The notes under the pieces are model-generated. The model worked only from the letters and a program-made list of their open reading frames with translations, ran no database searches and was not told the DNA's origin. This document shows, piece after piece, positions 35,893 through 45,125 of a stretch of 64,000 bases of DNA. The DNA comes from a phage: sequence record OZ346222.1, one strand, 5' to 3'. The first letter of the stretch is position 1; every line of letters begins with the position of its first letter. The position numbers and the translations under genes were made by a program.

Positions 35893-36147
35893 TCACAGTT
35901 CTACAATATCTGCATCTGACCCTGCCCCAAAGGCATAATAGGACTCTTCCCCGAAATAATATTCCGGTGCACCAGCAGCGATCAGGTCTGATCCCAAAAT
36001 GAATACCACGTTGTGGCCTACATAGCTGTGATTTTGCCGCACAGGATCATCCCACGGCAACCCTTCGAAGTATACCGCAGGGACGACCTTTCCTTTCAGG
36101 AAGGATTGCCCCAAGTAGACGTTAGAATCAAGAATTTTAACCTTCAT
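35893..36147 (-). CDS. small acidic protein (84 aa), family A paralog
   Basis: MKVKILDS and DLIAAGA motifs. Confidence 0.5.
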   Translation of the reverse strand: MKVKILDSNVYLGQSFLKGKVVPAVYFEGLPWDDPVRQNHSYVGHNVVFILGSDLIAAGAPEYYFGEESYYAFGAGSDADIVEL

Positions 36148-36364
36148 GATCGTCCTCCACTATCTCTACATCCTCACCTAGGGCAAAGTTGTAGGTCCAC
36201 TGACTGTCAAAGCATTCCTGAGATGCACCAGCGGCAATAAGATCTGCCCCTTTTATTTTTAAAAGGTCAGGGTAATCTTCGTTAGGGACAGCAGTAAACA
36301 CTTTCCCTACTAAAGGCTCCTGACCAATATAGAAGCTTGAATCTAAAACTTTAACTTTCATCAA
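36137..36364 (-). CDS. small acidic protein (75 aa), family A paralog
   Basis: MKVKVLDS and DLIAAGA motifs; ends VEIVEDDHEG. Confidence 0.5.
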   Translation of the reverse strand: MMKVKVLDSSFYIGQEPLVGKVFTAVPNEDYPDLLKIKGADLIAAGASQECFDSQWTYNFALGEDVEIVEDDHEG

Positions 36365-36648
36365 CGGTCTCCATCAGGTGGTTGTGGGACGTAAACACTG
36401 TTACGAATATCGTCCGCAGTATAGTAATAAGTGTCTCCAACCCTATCTCTGGCTGCAATGTACTCTGCTATACCAATAAGTGCCATTGATTTGGTGGCGT
36501 ATCTTCCCCACTCGTTAGCTCCCCAGTAGAATTTAGACCAGTAGGGAATAATACCGAACAAATATACCTTTTGACGAACTTCCCAGTAAGTGCCTTTTCC
36601 GACAAGTTTAAACTCTACTTCACTACTGTTAATCTTTTTCATTATCAA
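36361..36648 (-). CDS. hypothetical protein (95 aa)
   Basis: Overlapping stop/start. Confidence 0.45.
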   Translation of the reverse strand: MIMKKINSSEVEFKLVGKGTYWEVRQKVYLFGIIPYWSKFYWGANEWGRYATKSMALIGIAEYIAARDRVGDTYYYTADDIRNSVYVPQPPDGDR

Positions 36649-36941
36649 TCTCCCTCTACCGTGGTCGGATTGTCAGTAAGAAATTGAGCATTGGCTGGAG
36701 GCACGCCTGACATTTTCCACACAACCATAAGTTTGTAACCAGGAACTCTATTAAGTGCAGATCGAGTAGAGTTTGTGCACGTATACTTTCGCTTTCCAAA
36801 CCCGTTCTCCATCATAATCCAGTACCCAGTATCTTTGTCACCAGGTATCGGTAGACCACCTTCATCAACCCACTGAATGGACCACGGCACGATGGCTACA
36901 GCTTTATATTTAAACTTTTTAAACCACTCAAAAAGTTTCAT
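36645..36941 (-). CDS. hypothetical protein (98 aa)
   Basis: Overlapping stop/start. Confidence 0.45.
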   Translation of the reverse strand: MKLFEWFKKFKYKAVAIVPWSIQWVDEGGLPIPGDKDTGYWIMMENGFGKRKYTCTNSTRSALNRVPGYKLMVVWKMSGVPPANAQFLTDNPTTVEGD

Positions 36942-37036
36942 AATTCAGCCTCGCATAGACATAATCACTATAAACAGGCAAACAATGAATCCGAATGCCA
37001 CGCCACCCATAAACGTTAATATTGATGCAATCATAG

Positions 37037-37234
37037 TCAATCAGCCTCGCTTGGCAACTCTTCTACCTTAACATGCCGAAAAGTGTTACCGTAATGGTTG
37101 ATCCATGACATCAGCTCGCTTTCTTGCTCTTCCTCTGGGATGAACTCTCGAATGCTGACAAGTTTTAAGAAAACCCAATCACAATCTGCACCCATTCTAC
37201 CAGACAGGCAATAGTGCTTCATAAAACCCCCCAC
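37037..37234 (-). CDS. hypothetical protein (65 aa)
   Basis: In gene array. Confidence 0.4.
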   Translation of the reverse strand: MGGFMKHYCLSGRMGADCDWVFLKLVSIREFIPEEEQESELMSWINHYGNTFRHVKVEELPSEAD

Positions 37235-37239
37235 CTGGT

Positions 37240-37434
37240 TTAGAATATTGCTTCTTCCATTGCACCTGAGAGCAACAAAGAGGTGATCTGGCTAACATTC
37301 ATCTCAGACTCTACTTCCTCCCCTTTGAAAGGTTCGCGGCAGAATAGGACTGTTTCAGGACTTTTACTTCGAACAATATAATACAAATCATTCAATGTGT
37401 TGTAGTAATAAGTGTTAAAACGTAAGTTTTTCAT
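37240..37434 (-). CDS. hypothetical protein (64 aa)
   Basis: In gene array. Confidence 0.4.
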   Translation of the reverse strand: MKNLRFNTYYYNTLNDLYYIVRSKSPETVLFCREPFKGEEVESEMNVSQITSLLLSGAMEEAIF

Positions 37435-37718
37435 TTTCTAGTCCCCTTCTTAGATTTTTGTGTAGAAACGCTTTCTGCAATACGAGACAAACGTTCTTCT
37501 GAAGCCTTGCCTATTCCAGGTTTTTTGAGTGGGTTATCTTTATGACCACAATCCAATTGGATATTGGATACCTCTCCAACCTTGTAAGTCAATTCTAGCA
37601 AAAGGTTGTCGTCCTTGTCAAATGTTCTTACGATAAATTTTTTATCGTTCTCCTGAACTTCGTATCGGGTACCCGCAGTATACAGCATGGTGCCATCCGC
37701 ATAGGATATCCAGATCAT
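37431..37718 (-). CDS. hypothetical basic protein (95 aa)
   Basis: Overlapping stop/start. Confidence 0.45.
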   Translation of the reverse strand: MIWISYADGTMLYTAGTRYEVQENDKKFIVRTFDKDDNLLLELTYKVGEVSNIQLDCGHKDNPLKKPGIGKASEERLSRIAESVSTQKSKKGTRK

Positions 37719-38062
37719 TGAACCTCCTTCTGCTGCAACAGCATTAACTCTTTGTTGGAGATTTTTACTGCTGTTTTTATTGTTCCATCTTCACGAAACC
37801 ACGACCAGAACTCTACAGTGTCACCACTATCAAGTAAAGCATGCCCATGGTAAAAATCTTTGTCCTTAGACAGTTTCTCATCTATATCTGCATCAACACA
37901 TTCGTGATCCATAGCATTTTGCCTGAACGCATCGGTTATGCCAATGCACGCCTTGCTCTCAAGACTGGTATATCCGATATCTTTTAATTCAGTTTCCCAA
38001 GTCCAGTACCCTATAAAAGCTAAAACAGCTACCCACAGTAATAACGTTTTAATCTTTGGCAT
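37715..38062 (-). CDS. membrane/secreted protein (115 aa)
   Basis: N-terminal hydrophobic helix LLLWVAVLAFIGYW. Confidence 0.45.
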   Translation of the reverse strand: MPKIKTLLLWVAVLAFIGYWTWETELKDIGYTSLESKACIGITDAFRQNAMDHECVDADIDEKLSKDKDFYHGHALLDSGDTVEFWSWFREDGTIKTAVKISNKELMLLQQKEVQ

Positions 38063-38124
38063 TCTCTCTACCTCTTTCTTAGTTTATTTCACTATGGCAC
38101 ATCCTTTGTGCCATATCTCAACTA

Positions 38125-38283
38125 CTACTTAAATAGTAGTTCAAAATAGTGCAAAATTAACAGAAGTTGAACTACACCTAGTGCAACGGCGAGTATGTTA
38201 ATCTTAGAATCGAAAAACTTCTTAACTTTTACTCTAAAAGGTTCCTTAATGTCCTTTACGATCCTATCTATAGATGACCTCAT
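38125..38283 (-). CDS. small C-terminally anchored membrane protein (about 52 aa)
   Basis: Internal ATG chosen to limit overlap with upstream gene; uncertain. Confidence 0.3.
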   Translation of the reverse strand: MRSSIDRIVKDIKEPFRVKVKKFFDSKINILAVALGVVQLLLILHYFELLFK

Positions 38284-38596
38284 ATCTCTGATTACCATCC
38301 TGAACATTAAAGACGGATGCTCCCCCCATCTCTGTAACGGAATCAAAAACATACTCTCTTCGGTCATAAGGGCCGCCAGCTCTGCGTATTAACCTCTCCA
38401 CAGAGACTTCGAACGTCACACCTGTAACGTAATCATCTATAACAAGTCGTGACGGGTCTTTACCTTTACTATCAAGAGGTATCAAAGTTATCTTTCCAGA
38501 TTTTGTTAAAATTTCCCCTTTTTCAAGCAAGGTGTACCAATGCTCTCTGCCAAGACTGTTGAGGCACGTTTTTACATATTTAACAAACATCGTCAC
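38264..38596 (-). CDS. hypothetical protein (110 aa)
   Basis: In gene array. Confidence 0.45.
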   Translation of the reverse strand: MTMFVKYVKTCLNSLGREHWYTLLEKGEILTKSGKITLIPLDSKGKDPSRLVIDDYVTGVTFEVSVERLIRRAGGPYDRREYVFDSVTEMGGASVFNVQDGNQRYEVIYR

Positions 38597-38796
38597 CCCT
38601 CATCGCACGTCTGATATAACCACTCTATAAAATCTTGATACCATTCGCCCTCTGAGCGCTCCGTAGGCCAATAATCTTCACCCTCTCGTGCATTAAAATC
38701 TGAGTATTCAACTTTCCACTCCTTTACCAGCTCGTGGAGAAGGTTTTCAGCCTGCTCTAAAGATTTATTTTTTACCATTGCTGTCTCCTTTTTCAA
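38593..38796 (-). CDS. hypothetical protein (67 aa)
   Basis: RBS AAGGAGACAGC. Confidence 0.45.
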   Translation of the reverse strand: MKKETAMVKNKSLEQAENLLHELVKEWKVEYSDFNAREGEDYWPTERSEGEWYQDFIEWLYQTCDEG

Positions 38797-38861
38797 GATA
38801 GTTATACATCAGAACTGCACCACCTAAGATGGCTACCAGTAACAATACCCCAGATAGCATC

Positions 38862-39014
38862 TCAATAAACATGGCTTGAAACACTGGAAGGCCTCCCTAA
38901 ATTAACGCACCATTTTAAATACATGCTCTTTTCCCATAAAGGTGCCTGGCTAAGATCTGCGTAGAACGCAATCTCTTTAAGAACAGTATAAACAGTTTTA
39001 GGTGCGGTCTCCAT
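38862..39014 (-). CDS. hypothetical small protein (about 50 aa)
   Basis: ATG after AAGGAGGGTAGGG; uncertain. Confidence 0.3.
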   Translation of the reverse strand: METAPKTVYTVLKEIAFYADLSQAPLWEKSMYLKWCVNLGRPSSVSSHVY

Positions 39015-39234
39015 CCCTACCCTCCTTTTTCTCCTTCCTGATATTCTTGTAGTAATCAACTAGGCACATTATTACGATGAAGATAACAACAGGCCAAAAA
39101 GGTGCAGCAGTGATGATGGTGATAAAATCATCAAACTTCACCCTTCGTCTGGACACGATGCATACACCTGTCAAGAATACCGCTGTTATAACGGACATTA
39201 CCAGGTAACCTATTAGCACAACATTTATACTCAT
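38998..39234 (-). CDS. membrane protein (78 aa, two TM helices)
   Basis: Hydrophobic segments; basic C-terminus. Confidence 0.45.
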   Translation of the reverse strand: MSINVVLIGYLVMSVITAVFLTGVCIVSRRRVKFDDFITIITAAPFWPVVIFIVIMCLVDYYKNIRKEKKEGRDGDRT

Positions 39235-39264
39235 TGGTCCTCCCTTTGTAGGTTAAATTGTATA

Positions 39265-39798
39265 CTACAAATGGTCGCTGAGGGTGTCAAGAAAATTATC
39301 CCGTTCTTTCTCAGAGTTTTCATGTGTGTAGCTGAAAAACATATCGAGAATAACCTTATTGATATATTCCAGCTCCTCTGTGTTCAGATGCTTAGCAGGA
39401 TCTACAATGACATCCCAAATATCATACAGACCACACTCATGATACCCATAACGCCACTCAATTGTCAAGCTGAGCGGCAAATCTTTACCTTCACAAACAA
39501 CCTTCCATCTACATATGTTGGTATCTGGTCGTACCTGTGCACGGTACACCTGCACAAAATCCAATTTGAATTTGAGGTACTCGTCATACAATTTAAGCAC
39601 AAAGCTCTCGATTTGTGGAGACACTTTTGCAGCAAACTGTGCGTATTTGTACTTGCACTGGATGATCTTTCTGCGTTTTGCAGTTAAATTTTTTGCCGCC
39701 AGTTGTTCTTCAGTGTATCTCCACCTACGATCAACAAACGCAACAGGGTCTTTGTCCCCATAGAGGTCTTCCCAGTTAATCAGAAGCATACCTGTCAC
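39265..39798 (-). CDS. hypothetical protein (177 aa)
   Basis: In gene array. Confidence 0.5.
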   Translation of the reverse strand: MTGMLLINWEDLYGDKDPVAFVDRRWRYTEEQLAAKNLTAKRRKIIQCKYKYAQFAAKVSPQIESFVLKLYDEYLKFKLDFVQVYRAQVRPDTNICRWKVVCEGKDLPLSLTIEWRYGYHECGLYDIWDVIVDPAKHLNTEELEYINKVILDMFFSYTHENSEKERDNFLDTLSDHL

Positions 39799-40028
39799 TC
39801 CTCCACAACTTCAAGGCCTTTACCGCCTCGCTCTGGCAGATTACTTAAAGATAGGTAATACATATAATCAGGAGAGATCCTGCCAGACTCTGCACCTGCA
39901 GCTAGTAAATCCTTCCCTTTAACCAGGACAACATTCTCGTTTGCAGATAGCCGTTTTGCTTCCACAATTTTACCAACACAGTCAACCAAGGAAGGGTACC
40001 CTAAATCTGTAAGAAATTTAACTTTCAT
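39795..40028 (-). CDS. small acidic protein (77 aa), family A paralog
   Basis: MKVKFLTD and DLLAAGA motifs; ends LEVVEE. Confidence 0.5.
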   Translation of the reverse strand: MKVKFLTDLGYPSLVDCVGKIVEAKRLSANENVVLVKGKDLLAAGAESGRISPDYMYYLSLSNLPERGGKGLEVVEE

Positions 40029-40065
40029 GCTACCTCCTACCTACCGTCCCTGGTAAGATAAATTA

Positions 40066-40464
40066 TTACTGAACAGAGCGCGGTGCTGGGAAGGATAACT
40101 CTTCTAAAGAGAAGATTTCATTTCCTACCACCCAAGTTGCTGGGTCATCTGGATCAACAGGTTGGATAATCATTACCTCATCCGCCTCGCACACACGTTT
40201 CCCACCCATAGTAGCGTCAGCCACTAACATACGCGGCTCTTCAGAAATGCACAGGTAGCCACCTCGGCCCACTGTTCCTTCCACGGGATCCTGCCCTTTG
40301 ACCACAATGAATACCTTCTCTCCTGTGGAGATATTACTTTTCACACTAACAGTTTGACCAACTTTAGATGTACCGATCTTGGTGGCTTCAAACATTAAAT
40401 CCCGAATTACTGTTGCATAGTTGCCGGACACTTTCTTACCTTCTTTAGTAATCTCAATCTTCAT
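40066..40464 (-). CDS. hypothetical protein (132 aa)
   Basis: Begins MKIEIT. Confidence 0.45.
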   Translation of the reverse strand: MKIEITKEGKKVSGNYATVIRDLMFEATKIGTSKVGQTVSVKSNISTGEKVFIVVKGQDPVEGTVGRGGYLCISEEPRMLVADATMGGKRVCEADEVMIIQPVDPDDPATWVVGNEIFSLEELSFPAPRSVQ

Positions 40465-40736
40465 AATCTAGGCTCCTTAAATGAATCTATGTAATCAATT
40501 AAATCCCAAGCATCGCGATGGGCTGTCAGAGGGTATACTTCTCCGAGAGGGATCATAGCAATAAGTCTATCAAAAACCCAGTCTGGACGCAACATTTTAT
40601 GGTGATATTCCCACTCACCTTCCACAGATTTTTTCTGAGTGATCAGGATCTCTGTGTAGTGTTTCGCCTGTCTTGAGTAGATTGAAAATGACTTGTACAT
40701 AAATGACCCCCTCTTGTTGAAAACAACAATACACAA
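40461..40736 (-). CDS. hypothetical protein (91 aa)
   Basis: Overlapping stop/start. Confidence 0.45.
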   Translation of the reverse strand: MCIVVFNKRGSFMYKSFSIYSRQAKHYTEILITQKKSVEGEWEYHHKMLRPDWVFDRLIAMIPLGEVYPLTAHRDAWDLIDYIDSFKEPRL

Positions 40737-41051
40737 CTACCAGGTTACTGTCAAGTAGGCAACCGTATTATTTTTCTCTGGGGAGATGCCAACAACATCT
40801 ACCTGCAGACCTCCTGCCCTTAAATCTCCAACAATGTGCGGGAAGTAATCTGAGAGATGCGAGGGTAGATTTATCGAAAATCCGCACCCCAGAAAGCCTG
40901 CTAACGCTTTATTTTGTATCTCCCCTACAATCGCATCATAAATGGAGTTAAGCTCGTCAGGGAGTGTTACAGGGCGTTTTAGCGCTAGCTGGTGTAATTT
41001 GTCCTTAGCACTCATTTTCATTTCAGGTCTACCTCTGGGGGTGCCAACCAC
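40737..41051 (-). CDS. hypothetical protein (104 aa)
   Basis: In gene array. Confidence 0.45.
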   Translation of the reverse strand: MVGTPRGRPEMKMSAKDKLHQLALKRPVTLPDELNSIYDAIVGEIQNKALAGFLGCGFSINLPSHLSDYFPHIVGDLRAGGLQVDVVGISPEKNNTVAYLTVTW

Positions 41052-41551
41052 ATAAACGGCGGCAAGTCTAAACGGTTTTTCTTATCCCACACAAAATATG
41101 CATATGCTTGCCCGTCAGTTCTGCCGTTTGATTGAAATGATGGACGCTTAGATATTGTGATCACAGTAGTAGGTGCATTATCAAGCCACCATTCAAATCT
41201 GGCTTTGCTTTCCAGAAAATTAAGACGCAAAAGCATAATAACTACGTCAGCATCTTTCAACGCCTTGTCTACAAACTCACGAGCCAGGCTGTATGGTGGG
41301 TTGGTGATAATACAGTCAACATGGTTGTATTCTGTATTCAGATAGTCAACACCTTCTTGTATTTCTCCCCATGCAGATCCTAACGGCATACGGGAGTAGA
41401 ACACACCTGAGGCACTATTCCTGCAAGGCTCTAAGTAGGTCCAGTCTTCTGGGAACGGAATAAGGTCATACAGCCCTTCTGCACACCACTCCGGTGTCAC
41501 ATACTCATCGTAGGCGTTACGTTGTTCATCAGGTTTTCTAGCACAAGTCAT
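41018..41551 (-). CDS. DNA amino-methyltransferase (N6-adenine/N4-cytosine type), small
   Basis: Motif IV IITNPPYS. Confidence 0.55.
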   Translation of the reverse strand: MTCARKPDEQRNAYDEYVTPEWCAEGLYDLIPFPEDWTYLEPCRNSASGVFYSRMPLGSAWGEIQEGVDYLNTEYNHVDCIITNPPYSLAREFVDKALKDADVVIMLLRLNFLESKARFEWWLDNAPTTVITISKRPSFQSNGRTDGQAYAYFVWDKKNRLDLPPFMWLAPPEVDLK

Positions 41552-41564
41552 GCAAATCTCCAGA

Positions 41565-41592
41565 TCATAAAAGCCCTCCGAAGAGGGCTTTA
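41565..41592 (-). terminator. rho-independent terminator/attenuator (leftward)
   Basis: AAAGCCCTC-TTCGG-AGGGCTTT hairpin followed by T-run on minus strand, between protease and MTase genes. Confidence 0.5.
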
Positions 41593-41602
41593 GAATTAAT
41601 GT

Positions 41603-42652
41603 TTAAGCTTCTTCGACAATTCCTGCACCCAGGATTTTTTCATTGAGCTCTTTTGCTGTTTTAATAATATTGTCCACCAGACGCTTGCGAGTCTTATCTT
41701 TCACCTTAACCTCTTCACCGCCGTTCAGAGTAGTCTTCAATTGAGACAGAATATCCTGAAGTTCAACGACAGAGAATCTCTGCAGATCTTCTGAAGTAAT
41801 CTCACTCAGGGCAATTCTGACGGTCTCGCCACTTTCCATCTGCAGATTCAGGAACACAGTGTGAACATCACCTTTCGAACCACCCGCTTTTGCAGATTCA
41901 ACAGCATGAACTAACTCATCTAAAGATGTGCACTGGTGAATCTCCGGAAGACCTGCTTCACCTAACACGCCTTCTTCATCACCTTTTGCCAGAAGCTTTT
42001 TCGGTTTTTGTCCGTTCTGGATGCGTTGTATGTTGCCTTCATCCAGAATAATAGCTCCAGTGCGTGCTGCCAGCTCTTCTCCGTCCAACCACACTTCGCC
42101 ACCAGCTGTGATGGATGCGATCTCATCTTCTGTCAGCACCCCACCGTAGTATTTTTCGATCAGGCGTTCAAAACGTTTTTTCCAGTAGCTGACCTGAGTA
42201 TTCATGTTCACACCGTTACCATAAGTGCCACCTTGATAGTAGTGGAACATAAACTCTGTGTCCGGAGCCACAGTACGTTCTTTACAACCAAGCCATAAGA
42301 TTGTTCCAGCAGAGCAGCACATCCCTTCAGCATGTGCAACAACGCTTGCCTGAGACTCTCGGAATGCCTGCAGATAAGCCATTGCAATGTGCACGCAACC
42401 CCCAGGGCTATTGATGATCACCCGAATGCTTTCTTCCGGCTGAGCCATACGGATCGTCTGCAGACGAGACATATGATCTTGTAAGTCTTCCAAATCGTCG
42501 ATATAAAGAACGTGGTCAACAACAGGTGTTGGGTAGCTGTATGTTTCCATGATACCGCCCGGCATACCAAACATTTTATTACTCATAGGTTCGAAACCGT
42601 TCTGTTTTTCTTTCATGCCGTGCACCATGGTTCTGCGAGGTGTTAAATTCAT
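41603..42652 (-). CDS. ClpP/S14-family serine protease-like protein with C-terminal extension
   Basis: INSPGGCVHIAMA (ClpP INSPGG-like), GMCCSAG (catalytic Ser context), FMFHYYQ (His motif); about 150-aa C-terminal domain. Confidence 0.6.
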   Translation of the reverse strand: MNLTPRRTMVHGMKEKQNGFEPMSNKMFGMPGGIMETYSYPTPVVDHVLYIDDLEDLQDHMSRLQTIRMAQPEESIRVIINSPGGCVHIAMAYLQAFRESQASVVAHAEGMCCSAGTILWLGCKERTVAPDTEFMFHYYQGGTYGNGVNMNTQVSYWKKRFERLIEKYYGGVLTEDEIASITAGGEVWLDGEELAARTGAIILDEGNIQRIQNGQKPKKLLAKGDEEGVLGEAGLPEIHQCTSLDELVHAVESAKAGGSKGDVHTVFLNLQMESGETVRIALSEITSEDLQRFSVVELQDILSQLKTTLNGGEEVKVKDKTRKRLVDNIIKTAKELNEKILGAGIVEEA

Positions 42653-42712
42653 GAGAAATCCTTAATATTGGAAGTTGAAAGCTATTTATTTAAACCTGAT
42701 TCACATTTACCT

Positions 42713-43024
42713 TTATTTAGCAATCACTATGGAATACTTACGATTGTCAGAAGCATCACAACTCAATGATTGCCAGTCTACCACATACCACGTATCATTG
42801 TCAACAATTACTTTATCGCCTGTTCTGTAGCAAGTGCTGCTTTCAATAATTCGAGACTCGATAAAGAATCTGTGTCGGCGCTCACGTAGCAACGCTAAGT
42901 TAATTATATTACCACCGCTGTCCTTGGTCCACACATTCTTGGATCCCTTATTTGCCAAAATTGTCTCGCCGTTATAGACAAACAGGCAGTATATTTTATT
43001 CAGTTTCTCTTGTATTGTAGCCAT
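42713..43024 (-). CDS. hypothetical protein (103 aa)
   Basis: In gene array. Confidence 0.45.
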   Translation of the reverse strand: MATIQEKLNKIYCLFVYNGETILANKGSKNVWTKDSGGNIINLALLRERRHRFFIESRIIESSTCYRTGDKVIVDNDTWYVVDWQSLSCDASDNRKYSIVIAK

Positions 43025-43125
43025 ACTGTCCTTCTCTCTGTTTTGTCCGATAATAATATCTAAAGCTTACCTATTTGTCAACAACTGTTTTAGATATTTA
43101 AGGGTGGAATAACCACCCTTCTGTA

Positions 43126-43914
43126 TTACTCGGAAACAGGGGTCCAAATATGATTTGCACGATCCTCAATAAGATTGAGTGCGATCTGACGACCCAACCC
43201 AGAACGAACGACATCGTCTGGACTATCAAAGCTGATCATTCCAACCTCAGGATCTGGATGACGAGTAAAGAAATCCGTCACCCATGCAAGGCCAGATTTA
43301 CCAGGGATGTCACGTTGGCTATTATCACCCATAATTACAAGGGTGGCTTGATCAGAGATCCTTGTGATAATTGACAACATTTCTTCAGGGTTAGTTTGCT
43401 GTGCCTCGTCAATCAGGACAAAGCATCGCTCATCGAAACTACGACCACGAATGCTTTCAACTTCACAAATCTCGATACGGCTGTTCTGACCGTCTCCCAG
43501 CATTGCGGCAAAAGCACCTTTGCCAACACGACGACAAATCGTGTCCATCATGCTTCGAAGATAGGGCCACAGTTTCTGCATTGCATTTCCAGGTTTAAAT
43601 CCTGAAGTCTTTCCTGTCTGAACGTAAGGACGTGCAACAATAATCTTATCAATCTCGTTCTTACGCAGAAGATCACCTGCATATGCAGATGCCATGAATG
43701 TCTTACCGGATCCAAACACACCGTTTACAATAATAATCTTACGTGACCCTAGATAATCAAGATACTTTTGCTGCTTCTTATTCATTGGTCGGAGAGCTGG
43801 AGCGGTGTGCTCTCTTTCGTCAGCAAATTTCTCAGCAGCCTTACGCAGGCGATCAGATTTGCGAGCCTCTCTAGCTTCATCACGCATGCGTTTTGTTTCT
43901 TTAGCTCGACCCAT
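43126..43914 (-). CDS. phoH: PhoH-like ATPase
   Basis: Walker A GVFGSGKTFMA; RPYVQTGKTSGFKPG and LIDEAQQT segments typical of PhoH. Confidence 0.75.
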   Translation of the reverse strand: MGRAKETKRMRDEAREARKSDRLRKAAEKFADEREHTAPALRPMNKKQQKYLDYLGSRKIIIVNGVFGSGKTFMASAYAGDLLRKNEIDKIIVARPYVQTGKTSGFKPGNAMQKLWPYLRSMMDTICRRVGKGAFAAMLGDGQNSRIEICEVESIRGRSFDERCFVLIDEAQQTNPEEMLSIITRISDQATLVIMGDNSQRDIPGKSGLAWVTDFFTRHPDPEVGMISFDSPDDVVRSGLGRQIALNLIEDRANHIWTPVSE

Positions 43915-43952
43915 GTTGGGACTCCTTTCAGATTGAGATGTGCCAAGTACTT

Positions 43953-44303
43953 TTACTGCAACAGTTTTTCAATAGCCGCTTCCATGCTGCTTGCAACAGC
44001 CTGAACTCGGATATTCATCTCTTCTTGGTGGATCAGCTCCTTAAGCTCTTTAATGGTAAATTCTTTAGAGAAACCTTCCACCATAATCTTGTGCAAGGCT
44101 TCTTGCGTGTCTACTTGCAAGAACTTTTCCAGTTTGTTGGCAGAGGCTTCTAAATCAGCCCGAATACGAGGGTCATCTGTGCGATTCAGCATTAGGCGTA
44201 AGCCATCAAGATTAGTAGAAATAGCATCTGCATGTTGAGTAACTAACCGTGGCAAAATGAGATCTACAAACTTATTAGCCAAATCGATACGTTCTTGTGT
44301 CAC
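43953..44303 (-). CDS. hypothetical helical protein (116 aa)
   Basis: GTG start in ORF track. Confidence 0.4.
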   Translation of the reverse strand: MTQERIDLANKFVDLILPRLVTQHADAISTNLDGLRLMLNRTDDPRIRADLEASANKLEKFLQVDTQEALHKIMVEGFSKEFTIKELKELIHQEEMNIRVQAVASSMEAAIEKLLQ

Positions 44304-44413
44304 TGTTGCACCCCCTCTTCATCTTCATGATGTTTCTTTTCACGCTTGTGTTTTTTCTTAAGCTCAAGCGCAATCTCTTTCTTGTACGCCTTCTTCAAGG
44401 CTTTTTTAGCCAT
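44300..44413 (-). CDS. small lysine-rich basic protein (37 aa)
   Basis: ATG 5 nt after GGAGGTG; MAKKALKKAYKKEIALELKKKHKREKK. Confidence 0.35.
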   Translation of the reverse strand: MAKKALKKAYKKEIALELKKKHKREKKHHEDEEGVQQ

Positions 44414-44475
44414 TTGGCACCTCCTCTGCTTTCATTACGGCAATTATAACCAACTCAACAAAGCTTTGTCAACAA

Positions 44476-44949
44476 CTAGTCTACCTGAACCCAACCGCCT
44501 GATACTTTTTTAAACATTCTTTGGTTATCACTGCCTCGGAACGGTTTCTTGGTTGGTAAATCTTTTACATACTTACCGTCAATGATGATATCAGCCAGTT
44601 TAAGAACATCACTAGAGATATGGTCAAATGTGAACCCAGTATATACAAGAATAGTTTTCTTGTCACCAAATTTTTCCTTAATTTTCTCCATCAGGCTAAT
44701 AATATCTGGCTCATTATAGTATGCTAAGGGTTCTCCACCCAGTAGAGAGATACCGCACACAGACGGGTTATCTAAATCTGACAAGATTTTTTGCAAGTCT
44801 TCTTCAGTGAACTTCCTCCCCTTATCTTTTGACCAAAATGCCTGATTAAAGCAACCAGGGCAATCGTGTGGGCACCCAGATACCCACAAGGCAGTTCTAA
44901 TACCTGGTCCTTCGGTGTAAGATATTTCTGTGTATCCAGCAATGTTCAT
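44476..44949 (-). CDS. nrdG: anaerobic ribonucleotide reductase activating protein (radical SAM)
   Basis: CPHDCPGC (CxxxCxxC) cluster; adjacent to nrdD. Confidence 0.8.
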   Translation of the reverse strand: MNIAGYTEISYTEGPGIRTALWVSGCPHDCPGCFNQAFWSKDKGRKFTEEDLQKILSDLDNPSVCGISLLGGEPLAYYNEPDIISLMEKIKEKFGDKKTILVYTGFTFDHISSDVLKLADIIIDGKYVKDLPTKKPFRGSDNQRMFKKVSGGWVQVD

Positions 44950-45062
44950 AGATACTCCGCATCACATTTAGGGCAATGCCAAATAAAATCGTCTAGTGCC
45001 TTGCACCAACGAAGATTACAACTACAGCCGCACTTGCAAATTTTATAAATACCTGATGACAT
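44946..45062 (-). CDS. small cysteine-rich protein (38 aa) between nrdD and nrdG
   Basis: ATG 5 nt after AGGAGGTG; CKCGCSC ... CPKC; stop overlaps nrdG start. Confidence 0.4.
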   Translation of the reverse strand: MSSGIYKICKCGCSCNLRWCKALDDFIWHCPKCDAEYL

Positions 45063-45125
45063 ACTGCACCTCCTAGCTCACTGTGTGTCAATAATATGCC
45101 ACATCCTTGTGGCTTTTGTCAAGAA

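Noticed and set aside
38770-38875. Possible minus-strand micro-ORF (MFIEMLSGVLLLVAILGG...)
   Set aside because: Overlaps the start region of 38593..38796 in another frame and I could not fix its boundaries confidently by hand.
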